Shown here: piece by piece, positions 1 through 9,333 of the stretch | How positions within the stretch are numbered: position 1 is the first letter of the stretch | Layout of the letters: every line of letters starts with the position of its first letter | Source: an uncultured Candidatus Actinomarina sp. | GTDB lineage: Bacteria > Actinomycetota > Acidimicrobiia > Actinomarinales > Actinomarinaceae | Assembly (NCBI GenBank): GCA_902521955.1 | Contig: CABYTP010000004.1 | Span: 21,969 to 85,968, forward strand | Reading direction: 5' to 3' | DNA: 64,000 nt | Made by a program: the position numbers and the translations under genes | The notes under the pieces: generated by a model | What the model was told of the DNA's origin: nothing | Databases searched by the model: none | What the model saw: the letters and a program-made list of their open reading frames with translations, nothing else

Positions 1-903
1 TCCAGCCCATAAGATTGGTGTATTTGCAAAATATCCTCCACTTATTTGTTGATTTAGATAAAGACCAATTGCAATAGTTCCAGCAATGCTGACTAGTGCA
101 GTAATTAATACTTGACCAGGTGTCATTAGTCCTACTTGAATTACTCTACTTCCACCGTTGAATGGGCTCGCCACTTTGTTTATTTCATCAGCATTTGATG
201 TGTGATCAAAGTAATCATTAGATGCATTCGTAGCTACTTGAGCCAATGATGCACCAGCTAAAACAAGCCAAAACATCTTCCATGACCAAGATGAATCAAA
301 ACCTGAATCTTTGAGATCGCTCCAAGCTACAGCCGAACCAATAAAGATAGGAGCAAAAGTAGCTGTAAGAAAGGGAGCACGGATAGTCCTCAACCAAAGA
401 CCAATTCTTTTCAATCCTAGTTTGAAAGCCATTTTTACTGCAGATGTTTTGTTGGATGGAATAGTTTTCCATTCAAATTTTTCTTCCTGATAGAAATTAA
501 CATATTTAATTGTTGTAGGTTTCACTATGTAATATCCAACAACATCATTTGCAATAAGAAAGTCATCTTCCATAAATTCTTTGAATGCATCTGTAGTTTC
601 TAAAACAAGGTTGTAAGCTTTTTTCTTTTCTTCCTCATCTTTTATTTTGTAACACTCCCCATCAATTTGTAAGCCTTCAATTCCTTCTTGGCCTTTTGGC
701 CATATTACAACGTGAACACGTGGGTTTAACCTTATTTGTTCAGCTTTTCTTGTTGGGTGGAATGTGAAGAATACTAAATCTTCACCATCTCTACTAAAAA
801 ATACGGATGCACCAGAGGAGTTACCTCCGACACTAGTAGCAATAAACATTCGATCAGCTGAATCTAATACATTCTCTATTTTTTTATCTAAAACATCACT
901 CAT
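1..903 (-). CDS. 5'-partial CDS (start at 903, runs off the window). N-terminal PNPOx-like split-barrel (FMN/F420-binding type) domain fused to a UbiA-superfamily prenyltransferase, MenA-like.
   Basis: Manual minus-strand translation: MSDVLDKKIENVLDSADRMFIATSVGGNSSGASVFFSRDGEDLVFFTFHPTRKAEQIRLNPRVHVVIWPKG... continuing into TM segments with the Asp-rich motif NASNDYFDHTSNADEINKVASPFNGGSRVIQVGLMTPGQV, which fits the MenA NDYxD...D...R.GP.R pattern. No stop is reached before position 1. Confidence 0.55.
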   Translation of the reverse strand, partial: MSDVLDKKIENVLDSADRMFIATSVGGNSSGASVFFSRDGEDLVFFTFHPTRKAEQIRLNPRVHVVIWPKGQEGIEGLQIDGECYKIKDEEEKKKAYNLVLETTDAFKEFMEDDFLIANDVVGYYIVKPTTIKYVNFYQEEKFEWKTIPSNKTSAVKMAFKLGLKRIGLWLRTIRAPFLTATFAPIFIGSAVAWSDLKDSGFDSSWSWKMFWLVLAGASLAQVATNASNDYFDHTSNADEINKVASPFNGGSRVIQVGLMTPGQVLITALVSIAGTIAIGLYLNQQISGGYFANTPILWAG

Positions 904-981
904 AGATTAAACACTAATATGCTTGTGAAATAATGCACAAAGTCCTTTAGATTATTTTTTAAATATTTAAATCATTTATGA

Positions 982-2757
982 TTGGAATACATGTTTAAAA
1001 TCTTTAAAACGCCCGAATTTAAAAAAGCTGTAAATTTTTATAAAGATGGCATAAAAGAAAATAGAAAAAGCTTTGTTATTTCGATGGGCTCAGCTGTGGT
1101 ATGGTGTTTTCTTATTGTTATTCAGCCTTACATCATTAAAAGAATTATTGATGATGCAATTGTTTTAGAAAATAGACAAATGTTAATTATATTAATTTCT
1201 TTCATGTTGATTGCAGGGTATTTACGTGCCTCAGCAATTGGAATTAGAAGATATTTCTCAATGCATGTTTCATTCAATGTTGAAGCGGGAATAAGAAATA
1301 GAATATTTACTCACATGCAGAAGTTGGCATACAATTACCATGATAAAGTTCCAACTGGTGAACTAATGGCAAGAGCTTCGAGTGACGCCTCTCAAGTAAG
1401 ACTTGCCTTTGCAATTGCACCATTAGCTACTGCAAACATATTACTTCTCATTATCCTAAGCATTACCTTATTAGGCTTAAGTCTACCGTTAGGAGCTTTA
1501 GTTCTTCTGTCCATTCCTGCTGTATTGTGGCTTGCTTCAAATTTTTCATCAAAGGCATTAGGAATTTCATTAAGAGTCAAAGAAGCAGAAGCACAAATGA
1601 CTACAGAAGTTGAAGAGCAACTTGGAGGTATTAGGGTTGTTAAAGCTTTTGGAAATGAGGACCTTGCTGCATCTAAAGTAGAAACAGCAATTTCAAGTAT
1701 TTATAATACATCGCTTGAATATCTTAATCTAAGAACAAAATTTGTTCCTATGTTTGAATTAATCCCCATGGTGATAACCTTGCTTGTTTTACTTCTAGGA
1801 GGATATTTATCAATAAATGAATTCATAACATTAGGAGATTTCATAGCTTTTACCCAATATGTCTTCTTGTTGTTATGGCCATTACGAATAACAGCGTGGT
1901 TTTTATCTGAGATACCATCAAGTGTAACTGCTGGAAATAGGATTTTAGATTTACTTAATGAGTCACCAAGTATTGTTGATGGCAGTTCAGATGAAACTTT
2001 TCCAGAGACAGGAAATGGAAGTTTAAAATTTTCCAATGTGAATTTTCGCTATGGTGATGACAAGATATTTGACAATTTGTCATTTGAGATAGAAGGTAAG
2101 AAAACAGTTGCAATTGTTGGTTCTACTGGTTCTGGTAAATCAACTTTGGCTTATTTGCTTCCAAGACTTTATGATATTGAATCAGGAAAAATTGAAATTG
2201 ATGGGGTTGATATTCATAACGTAAAACTTGATGAATTGAGATCACAGGTAAGTCTTGCTTTTGAAGAAAGCTTTCTTTTTTCAAACTCAGCTAGAGAAAA
2301 TATTTCACTTGGATCAGATAAAGCTTCCCAGGATCAGATTGAAAATGCTGCACTTATTGCCAGAGCACATGAGTTTATAGCTCAGTTACCTGAGTCATAT
2401 GAAACAAAAGTTGGTGAAAGGGGTTATGGACTTTCTGGAGGACAGAGACAGCGAATTGCTCTAGCACGAGCAATATTACGTAAACCAAGAATTTTAATAC
2501 TTGATGATGCTCTATCTGCTGTTGATGCCTCTACCGAAGAACAAATCAGAAGTGAACTTAAACAAGTCATGTCAAACATGACTACGTTAATAATTACAAA
2601 CAGGGTTCCAACTATTGAGCTTTGTGATGAAGTTATATTTCTTGAAAATGGACAAGTTAGAGGACAGGGTAGCCACAATAAATTGATTGAAGAAATTGAA
2701 AGTTATAAATCATTATTTTTAGAAAGTCAGACAAGTGGTTCTAAAAATGACAGATAA
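982..2757 (+). CDS. ABC transporter, fused permease/ATPase (type I exporter half-transporter), subunit 1 of a heterodimer
   Basis: 591 aa with six N-terminal TM helices. Walker A GSTGSGKST and canonical signature LSGGQRQR. Walker B is ILILDDA, with Asp in place of the catalytic Glu. Confidence 0.85.
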   Translation: MEYMFKIFKTPEFKKAVNFYKDGIKENRKSFVISMGSAVVWCFLIVIQPYIIKRIIDDAIVLENRQMLIILISFMLIAGYLRASAIGIRRYFSMHVSFNVEAGIRNRIFTHMQKLAYNYHDKVPTGELMARASSDASQVRLAFAIAPLATANILLLIILSITLLGLSLPLGALVLLSIPAVLWLASNFSSKALGISLRVKEAEAQMTTEVEEQLGGIRVVKAFGNEDLAASKVETAISSIYNTSLEYLNLRTKFVPMFELIPMVITLLVLLLGGYLSINEFITLGDFIAFTQYVFLLLWPLRITAWFLSEIPSSVTAGNRILDLLNESPSIVDGSSDETFPETGNGSLKFSNVNFRYGDDKIFDNLSFEIEGKKTVAIVGSTGSGKSTLAYLLPRLYDIESGKIEIDGVDIHNVKLDELRSQVSLAFEESFLFSNSARENISLGSDKASQDQIENAALIARAHEFIAQLPESYETKVGERGYGLSGGQRQRIALARAILRKPRILILDDALSAVDASTEEQIRSELKQVMSNMTTLIITNRVPTIELCDEVIFLENGQVRGQGSHNKLIEEIESYKSLFLESQTSGSKNDR

Positions 2758-4468
2758 TGTTTTTTTACGATCAATTAGGTTAGTTCCTGAAATACGAAGA
2801 CCTTTTCTTTGGAGCTCTTTAATCGCAATGGCTGGTTCTGCTTTAAGGATGGTTGGTCCGCAATTGATATCAAGGGGTATTGATGAGGGTGTTTTAAAGT
2901 CTAATTACTCGTACTTGTTAGAACAGAGTCTTTATTACTTTATCACATTAGTTCTACTCTATTTTGTTGCGAGCAAAGCTCTTCTTGCAATTGGATTAGT
3001 TGGTGAATCTTATGTTAAAAGTGTAAGAGAAAAATTATTTAGACACCTCTCTTCTTTAGATATTAGTTATTTTGAAAAAAATAAAACTGGCGTTTTGGTT
3101 GCTCGTATGACATCAGATATGCAGAGTTTAAATGAATTTGCTCGTGAAGGTGCAAGCAGTGTAATTACGGCTTTACTTACTATTTTTGGAGCTACAATTG
3201 CTGTATTTCTAGTAGATGCCCAATTAGCACTACTATCATTTTTGATTTTGCCATTACTGGGTATAGCGACGCGAATATTTCGTAGTCATGCTGATAAAGC
3301 TTATTGGTCAATACGTGAATGGATTGGTCAAGTCCTTTCATCTCTTCAGGAAGGTATTTCAGGAGTAAGAATTATACAGGCGTACTCAGATGAAAAAACA
3401 CAGTTCGATAGATTTAAAAATGTAAATGATCAGCACTTCAAAGCTAATATGCAATCTGCAAAAAACATTGCTATCTACTTTCCTTTTTTAGAAATTACTA
3501 GAGTGACCTCTATTGCTGTAGTTATTTGGTTTGCTTCAATAAGAATCAATGAGGGATCTTTATCTGTTGGTGAATTGGTAGCGTTATTGTTTTATCTAAA
3601 TTATTTTTTTGATCCCCTTATTCAACTTTCGTTTAACTATGATGTACTTCGTTCGGCAGGGTCTTCTATGAAAAAAGTATTTTCAATATTAGATGAAGAA
3701 CAAGTATTAAGTAAGACAGGTGATATCGAACCTAAAATGGAATCAAACAAAGTTATTGAATTTACAAATGTAGATTTTTCTTACGGTAGAGATACAGTCT
3801 TACACAATGTAAACATTTCAATTAACAAAGGAGAAAAGATTGCAATTGTAGGCGAAACTGGAGCAGGTAAAAGCACGATTGCAAAACTAATACTTAGATT
3901 TTATTTACCAACTAAGGGGGATGTAAAATTCTATGGTGAATCATCTAAAGATGTTACACAAAGATGGGCAAGGAAAAACATCGCCTATGTTCCTCAAGAA
4001 AGTTTTCTATTTAGAGGGTCCATTAGGGATAATCTAATTTATTCAGATCCAGAAAATATAGAGTTAGAAAAAGAACTCGCTGAAATAGGTGTTTTACAGT
4101 GGTTTGATAGATATGAAAATGGATTAAACCAAAATGTAGGAGAGAGAGGTTCAAATGTTTCTGCAGGTGAAAGACAATTCATAGCATTACTGAGAGCAGT
4201 TCTTGCTAGGAGACAAATTATTGTCTTTGATGAAGCTACAGCAAATTTAGATATTGAATCTGAAAATTCAATTCTTGAGGCAACGGATACGCTTTTAGAT
4301 TACCAAACATCAATTGTTATAGCTCACAGACTAGAAACCATATTAAATTCAGAAAAAATTATTGTTATGGATGAGGGTAAACTAGTTGGATTTGATAACC
4401 ATAAAAATTTATTAAACACAAATGATATATACAAAGACCTTTTTTCAGCATGGGATTTAGTTAACTAG
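2747..4468 (+). CDS. ABC transporter, fused permease/ATPase, subunit 2 of a heterodimer
   Basis: Walker A GETGAGKST, degenerate signature VSAGERQF, canonical Walker B IIVFDEATANLD. The ATG at 2747 overlaps the upstream stop (ATGACAGATAA). The track's alternative GTG start is at 2735. Confidence 0.85.
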   Translation: MTDNVFLRSIRLVPEIRRPFLWSSLIAMAGSALRMVGPQLISRGIDEGVLKSNYSYLLEQSLYYFITLVLLYFVASKALLAIGLVGESYVKSVREKLFRHLSSLDISYFEKNKTGVLVARMTSDMQSLNEFAREGASSVITALLTIFGATIAVFLVDAQLALLSFLILPLLGIATRIFRSHADKAYWSIREWIGQVLSSLQEGISGVRIIQAYSDEKTQFDRFKNVNDQHFKANMQSAKNIAIYFPFLEITRVTSIAVVIWFASIRINEGSLSVGELVALLFYLNYFFDPLIQLSFNYDVLRSAGSSMKKVFSILDEEQVLSKTGDIEPKMESNKVIEFTNVDFSYGRDTVLHNVNISINKGEKIAIVGETGAGKSTIAKLILRFYLPTKGDVKFYGESSKDVTQRWARKNIAYVPQESFLFRGSIRDNLIYSDPENIELEKELAEIGVLQWFDRYENGLNQNVGERGSNVSAGERQFIALLRAVLARRQIIVFDEATANLDIESENSILEATDTLLDYQTSIVIAHRLETILNSEKIIVMDEGKLVGFDNHKNLLNTNDIYKDLFSAWDLVN

Positions 4469-5297
4469 TTTCGTTCTTTAGTCTGTTTTTAGCTATCTCT
4501 ACATATTCTGGATTTAATTCATATCCTATGTAATCCCTATGGAGCAATTTTGCAGCAATTGCAGTTGATCCACTACCTATAAAGGGATCTAAAATTAGGT
4601 CATTTTTAAAGCTGTATAAATTTATAAACCTCTTTGCTAACTCAACAGGAAATGGAGCAGGGTGACCTATTTTTTTTGCCCTAGCTGGATTAATATTCCA
4701 AATTGATAAAGTTGATTCCATAAACTCCTCTTTTTCAATTGTTGGTTCTCCCTTAGTTGAATTTTTCATTGAGTCTTTTGAGAAGACTAAACAATACTCG
4801 TGGATATCACGAATTACTGGATTAGAAGGAGAAAGCCAACTACCCCAAGCGAAATTGGCATTAGCGCCTTTAGATTTCTGCCATATTATTTCACCTCTCA
4901 TCAGAAATCCTATTTCTAGAATTATTTCAATAAAGTATTTCGAAAATGGAATATATGGCTTTCTCCCAAGGTTTGCAACATTTACAACTAACCTACCTCC
5001 AGACTCAGTAACTCTATACACTTCTTCAAATACTTTCGTTATCATTTTCCAGTATTCATCATCTGATAAATCTTCGTCACTATCTTTTCCAATATTGTAA
5101 GGAGGTGAAGTTACAGTCAAAGATATACAATTATCAATTAGTTCATTCATATTTTCCGAACTTTTAGTGATAATTTGATTTCTTAATTTAGATATCTTAT
5201 TTTGATTAATAATTTCTTTTAACTCTTTATCTTGAAATTTAGAAACAAAACCTTTTCTTGAGCCAGATCCAATTTTAAAATATGAAGTTTTTTTCAT
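4461..5297 (-). CDS. DNA methyltransferase, beta-class amino-MTase (N4-cytosine or N6-adenine), with no adjacent endonuclease
   Basis: 278 aa. Motif IV is SPPY (TVTSPPYNIG). The C-terminal motif I is LILDPFIGSGSTAIAA. HPAPFPVELAKRFI matches the MTase catalytic region. Motif IV precedes motif I, which defines the beta class. Confidence 0.75.
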   Translation of the reverse strand: MKKTSYFKIGSGSRKGFVSKFQDKELKEIINQNKISKLRNQIITKSSENMNELIDNCISLTVTSPPYNIGKDSDEDLSDDEYWKMITKVFEEVYRVTESGGRLVVNVANLGRKPYIPFSKYFIEIILEIGFLMRGEIIWQKSKGANANFAWGSWLSPSNPVIRDIHEYCLVFSKDSMKNSTKGEPTIEKEEFMESTLSIWNINPARAKKIGHPAPFPVELAKRFINLYSFKNDLILDPFIGSGSTAIAAKLLHRDYIGYELNPEYVEIAKNRLKNETS

Positions 5298-5328
5298 AAC
5301 TAAATTTTACATCTTTTAAACTAACAAC

Positions 5329-5925
5329 ATGTTAAAGAGATTAAGTTTCGTATTTATAGGATTCTTTATATTAACTAGCATGATTTATCAACCAAACCTA
5401 AATGCTAAACATTCAGAATTTTTAGAATCCATAGTATTTCCAGTAAAGAATATAATGTCTCACTTTTATGATGACTGGGGAGAGATAAGAGGAAATGGAA
5501 AAAGAATTCATGAGGGCATTGATATAAGAGCTCAAAAGGGATCTCCAATTGTTGCAATTGCAGATGGACGTATCAACACCATTTCTTATTCAGAATCTTC
5601 TGGTTACTATATTGCAATAGATCATCAGAATGGGTGGCTTTCTTTATATGTTCACTTAGATGATGATATAAACGGTAATGATAACCTAGGAGGTAGGGAC
5701 ACTGCATTTGCTGATGGTATTTACCTTGGTGGTGAAGTTGTTGCTGGGCAAACAATTGGTTATGTGGGTGATTCTGGAAATGCAGACGGAACAGTTCCAC
5801 ATGTACATTTTGAGGTCAGATATATGGGAAAATCATATGATGTATATGATTACATTAAATCTTCCTGGGAAAGGTTTGAAAGATTTATAAAATTCCCAAA
5901 AAAATTGGGTATCAATTTATTTTAA
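5329..5925 (+). CDS. M23 family (LytM-like) metallopeptidase, secreted or membrane-anchored
   Basis: N-terminal hydrophobic segment MLKRLSFVFIGFFILTSMIY. M23 motifs HEGIDIRA (HxxxD) and HVHFEV (HxH). Confidence 0.8.
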   Translation: MLKRLSFVFIGFFILTSMIYQPNLNAKHSEFLESIVFPVKNIMSHFYDDWGEIRGNGKRIHEGIDIRAQKGSPIVAIADGRINTISYSESSGYYIAIDHQNGWLSLYVHLDDDINGNDNLGGRDTAFADGIYLGGEVVAGQTIGYVGDSGNADGTVPHVHFEVRYMGKSYDVYDYIKSSWERFERFIKFPKKLGINLF

Positions 5926-6351
5926 GTAAATAATTGAATCTTTAATTTCACTAACTTCTTCAAGCTCTAAAACTTTCTCTGTATAATTTCCTTCATCAAT
6001 GTAATTAATATATATAAGGTTTTCTATTGATAAAATTTCCTTCGAAGGCTCTTTCATTGATATCCAAATAATTCTTTTTAATGAAGAATTATGTATTGAA
6101 TTTAAAAATACTTTTCGTAATTCACCGTCTATATCTTCATGATAAATTCCACAATAAGCTCCCTCTGATGCAGTAGAAATGTGACTGTCGTCTTCAATAT
6201 TGCCTATTGCTTTCTTTCCAGGTAGTTTTTCAATAAAATCCATTGGTAATTTGTCAGATACAAAAATTCTCAAATCTTGATTTTGAACATCTAACTTTTG
6301 TAATAACTTTTCATGCTCTTTATTTGTAGGATTTATAAAAATTGCTGGCAT
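5917..6351 (-). CDS. hypothetical acidic protein, 144 aa
   Basis: Clean ORF convergent with the M23 peptidase gene. I recognise no motifs. Codon usage matches the neighbouring genes. Confidence 0.4.
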   Translation of the reverse strand: MPAIFINPTNKEHEKLLQKLDVQNQDLRIFVSDKLPMDFIEKLPGKKAIGNIEDDSHISTASEGAYCGIYHEDIDGELRKVFLNSIHNSSLKRIIWISMKEPSKEILSIENLIYINYIDEGNYTEKVLELEEVSEIKDSIIYLK

Positions 6352-6386
6352 ATTTTTAAGATTAACTCAAAAACAGAAATAAATTA

Positions 6387-6409
6387 AATCAATACTTTTC
6401 CGATTGATT
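6387..6409. promoter_or_regulatory. Candidate operator: inverted repeat AATCAAT-N9-ATTGATT about 25 bp upstream of sufB
   Basis: Read directly from the sequence, 6386-6410. It lies in the 81-bp divergent intergenic region before the suf operon. Confidence 0.3.
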
Positions 6410-6432
6410 CAGTACCTTATTATCATAAGAGT

Positions 6433-7842
6433 ATGGCAAATGTTGAAATTGATTTAGGTAAATATTCATTAGGTTGGTCTGATCCTGAAAAGAACGTATT
6501 TAAGCCTGAAAAGGGATTAAATGAAGACATAATACGTAAAATGTCTGAGATAAAGGAAGAACCCGAATGGATGCTTGATTTTAGACTAAAAGCATATAAA
6601 AGATTTTTGGATAAACCTATGCCCGAATGGGTTGCAAAAGAAAAATTAGATTCTCTAGATTTTGATGATATTTACTATTATATAAAGCCTACAGAAGATC
6701 AAGCTGACTCATGGGATATGGTTCCAGATGAAATTAAGGAAACTTATGAAAAACTTGGAATTCCAGAAGCTGAAAGAAGTTACTTGGCTGGTGTTACAGC
6801 TCAATATGAAAGTGAAGTTGTTTACCACAGAAATAGAGAAGACCTTGAACAACTCGGAGTTATTTTCTGCGATATGGATACAGCAGTCAGAGAATATCCT
6901 GAATTAGTCAAAGAATATTTTGGGACTGTAATACCTCCTGGTGATAATAAATTTGCTGCACTAAATTCAGCAGTATGGTCGGGTGGATCGTTTATTTACG
7001 TTCCTAAAGGTGTTCATATTGAAGACCCTCTACAAGCTTATTTCAGAATTAATGCTGAAAACATGGGTCAGTTTGAAAGAACATTAATTATTGTAGACGA
7101 AGGAGCATCTGTTCATTATATAGAAGGATGTTCTGCACCTGTTTACACAACAGATGCTCTTCATTCTGCTGTTGTTGAAATAATAGTTAAACCTTCAGGT
7201 ACATGTAGGTATACAACAATACAAAATTGGTCTAACGACGTTTTCAATCTTGTTACAAAAAGAGCGCAAGCTTTTGCTAATGCAACAATGGAGTGGATTG
7301 ACGCAAATATTGGCTCTTCCCTAACTGTTAAATATCCATCCGTATATTTAATGGAACCTGGTGCCCATGGTGAAGTATTATCCGTTGCTTTTGCGAATGC
7401 AGGCCAACACCAAGATACTGGAGCAAAAATGGTACATCTTGCACCAGATACAACTTCATTAATTACATCTAAATCAATATCTAAAGGTGGGGGTAGAGGA
7501 GCATATAGAGGTTTAGTCAAAGTAGAAGATGGAGCTGAAACAGCAAAGAGTTTTGTAAGATGTGACGCATTAATTCTTGATGATGATTCAAGATCTGATA
7601 CTTACCCATATATGGAAATTGAAGAGGCATCAGCTGAAATCGGCCATGAAGCTACGGTATCAAAAGTAGGTGAAGATCAATTATTTTACCTAATGAGTAG
7701 AGGGCTTTCTGAATCTGAAGCAACATCTATGATCGTTGCTGGTTTTGTTGAAGAATTTACAAAAACTCTACCTATGGAATATGCTATGGAGTTCAACCAA
7801 CTAATTGAATTAAATATGATTGAAGCCGGCGCAGTCGGTTAG
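6433..7842 (+). CDS. sufB: Fe-S cluster assembly scaffold protein SufB
   Basis: 469 aa. Conserved SufB blocks: ...[15 protein letters not shown]... and ...[23 protein letters not shown]... Confidence 0.9.
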   Translation: MANVEIDLGKYSLGWSDPEKNVFKPEKGLNEDIIRKMSEIKEEPEWMLDFRLKAYKRFLDKPMPEWVAKEKLDSLDFDDIYYYIKPTEDQADSWDMVPDEIKETYEKLGIPEAERSYLAGVTAQYESEVVYHRNREDLEQLGVIFCDMDTAVREYPELVKEYFGTVIPPGDNKFAALNSAVWSGGSFIYVPKGVHIEDPLQAYFRINAENMGQFERTLIIVDEGASVHYIEGCSAPVYTTDALHSAVVEIIVKPSGTCRYTTIQNWSNDVFNLVTKRAQAFANATMEWIDANIGSSLTVKYPSVYLMEPGAHGEVLSVAFANAGQHQDTGAKMVHLAPDTTSLITSKSISKGGGRGAYRGLVKVEDGAETAKSFVRCDALILDDDSRSDTYPYMEIEEASAEIGHEATVSKVGEDQLFYLMSRGLSESEATSMIVAGFVEEFTKTLPMEYAMEFNQLIELNMIEAGAVG

Positions 7843-7857
7843 TAATTAGGACAACTC

Positions 7858-9015
7858 TTGAACACTAATTTATTTGAAAAAAAATTAGAATCAATGTCGT
7901 CTAGTGATTTTAATAAAATTTCTGCAAAGGATGAAGACTGGAAATACTTAGGTAAGAAAATCTTTGAACTTAATGATATTGAGATTGGTAGTACTAAAGA
8001 AATACAACAGTCTGATAACTCAGATATAGATTTTAATGGCTTCTCTTACATTGTTAATTCTGATAAGAAACATGTAAAAATAACCGATATCAACGATATC
8101 AGTGAGCCATTAATAGATAATTCCATAAAAAGGCCATTTGATAAGTTCAACATTGAACAATTTGAAAAAGTAACTGGTGGATTTAGAATTGACTTTCAAG
8201 ACGATGTAGATGAATATTGTACAGTTAATTTTCAGTCAGATCAGAATTCCATACCTTATGTTGGAATATGTGTAGAAAAAAATAAAACTGCAAAACTGTA
8301 CTTGAACCTTAACAATTCCGTAAAAGGAAATGTGTATCCAATAATTGAATTATCTTTAAAAGAAAATTCTAATTTAGAAATTATACTTTCGGTGACAAGT
8401 CTAGAAGATGTAAACATTGCAAACTCAATATATGCAAAAGTGCTTAAAGATGCCAATTTAAAGATACACACTATAAGTATGGGGGGTGAGCTTTCACGTT
8501 CTAGAATTGATATCGATTTGATTGGAGATGGCTCAGGATTCTACTTAGATGGAGTATATTTTGGTGAAGGCGCACAAACACATGACAGTAGGGTATTTGT
8601 AAACCACCTAGGAAAAAATACAAACTCAAATATGATTACAAAGGGCGTATTAGGTGGTAAAAGTAGTTCAATCTTTACAGGAACAATTCATATAGCTGAG
8701 GGTGCAGTAAAAACTGAATCACATCAGGAGAATCGAAATATTTTGCTTAGCGAAGAAGCAACCGCACAATCGGTACCTAACTTAGAAATACTTTGCGATG
8801 ATGTTATTTGTAGTCACGGCTCTTCTGTTGGGCCAATTGAAGAAGAAATATATCACTATGTAATGTCTAGAGGCATAAGTAAGATTGATGCTGATAAAAT
8901 GCTAATTAAGGGTTTCTTTAATGAAATCATCAATGATTCCAGCTGGAATATAATTCATGACAATGTTGCAGATATAATCGAATCAAAATATACAAATATT
9001 TCAAAAGGTAAGTAA
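7858..9015 (+). CDS. sufD: Fe-S cluster assembly protein SufD
   Basis: SufB/SufD-family beta-helix protein immediately after sufB (EDWKY near the N-terminus, C-terminal SufBD domain). The track start is TTG at 7858. An in-frame ATG at 7894 is an alternative. Confidence 0.8.
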   Translation: MNTNLFEKKLESMSSSDFNKISAKDEDWKYLGKKIFELNDIEIGSTKEIQQSDNSDIDFNGFSYIVNSDKKHVKITDINDISEPLIDNSIKRPFDKFNIEQFEKVTGGFRIDFQDDVDEYCTVNFQSDQNSIPYVGICVEKNKTAKLYLNLNNSVKGNVYPIIELSLKENSNLEIILSVTSLEDVNIANSIYAKVLKDANLKIHTISMGGELSRSRIDIDLIGDGSGFYLDGVYFGEGAQTHDSRVFVNHLGKNTNSNMITKGVLGGKSSSIFTGTIHIAEGAVKTESHQENRNILLSEEATAQSVPNLEILCDDVICSHGSSVGPIEEEIYHYVMSRGISKIDADKMLIKGFFNEIINDSSWNIIHDNVADIIESKYTNISKGK

Positions 9016-9333
9016 ATGGATAAAATTAAAACTTTGAAAACTTCAGATTTATCATTAAATAGTTCAATAGTTATAAATCTTGGTGATAAGCAAATTGCTT
9101 TATTTAACTATGAAGGAGAATATTACGCATTAGATGATATGTGTTCTCATGCTGAGGCAAGCCTTTCAGAAGGAGATGTCTATGATTGTAAAGTTGAATG
9201 CCCACTACATGGTGCAGAATTTGATTTGAAGACGGGTGATGCAGTTACACTACCTGCAACAAAACCAGTAACTAAATATAAAGTGAACGTTGAAGATGAC
9301 TATATTTTCTTAGAAATGAAACAAGATGCTTAA
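9016..9333 (+). CDS. Rieske [2Fe-2S] ferredoxin-domain protein inside the suf operon
   Basis: 105 aa. Rieske ligands CSHAE (CxH) and CPLHGAEFDL (CxxH). Confidence 0.8.
   Translation: MDKIKTLKTSDLSLNSSIVINLGDKQIALFNYEGEYYALDDMCSHAEASLSEGDVYDCKVECPLHGAEFDLKTGDAVTLPATKPVTKYKVNVEDDYIFLEMKQDA

Noticed and set aside
5573-5800. His/Gln-rich 75-aa antisense ORF inside the M23 peptidase gene. The same applies to other track ORFs nested in or antisense to long conserved genes (e.g. 1392-1580, 1701-2036, 2424-2678, 7161-7520, 9414-9602, 14934-15137, 15230-15607, 30701-31003, 33268-33738, 38907-39116, 44590-45180, 46300-46587, 49616-49945, 59520-60059).
   Set aside because: All lie fully inside well-supported conserved CDSs on the other strand or frame. 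They have low-complexity or biased composition typical of shadow ORFs and no motifs of their own.
5917-6351. 144-aa ORF as the restriction endonuclease partner of the SPPY methyltransferase.
   Set aside because: It is too small for most type II REases. It has no clear PD-(D/E)xK (only an E-x-x-K near IDGELRK). It is separated from the MTase by a peptidase gene on the other strand.
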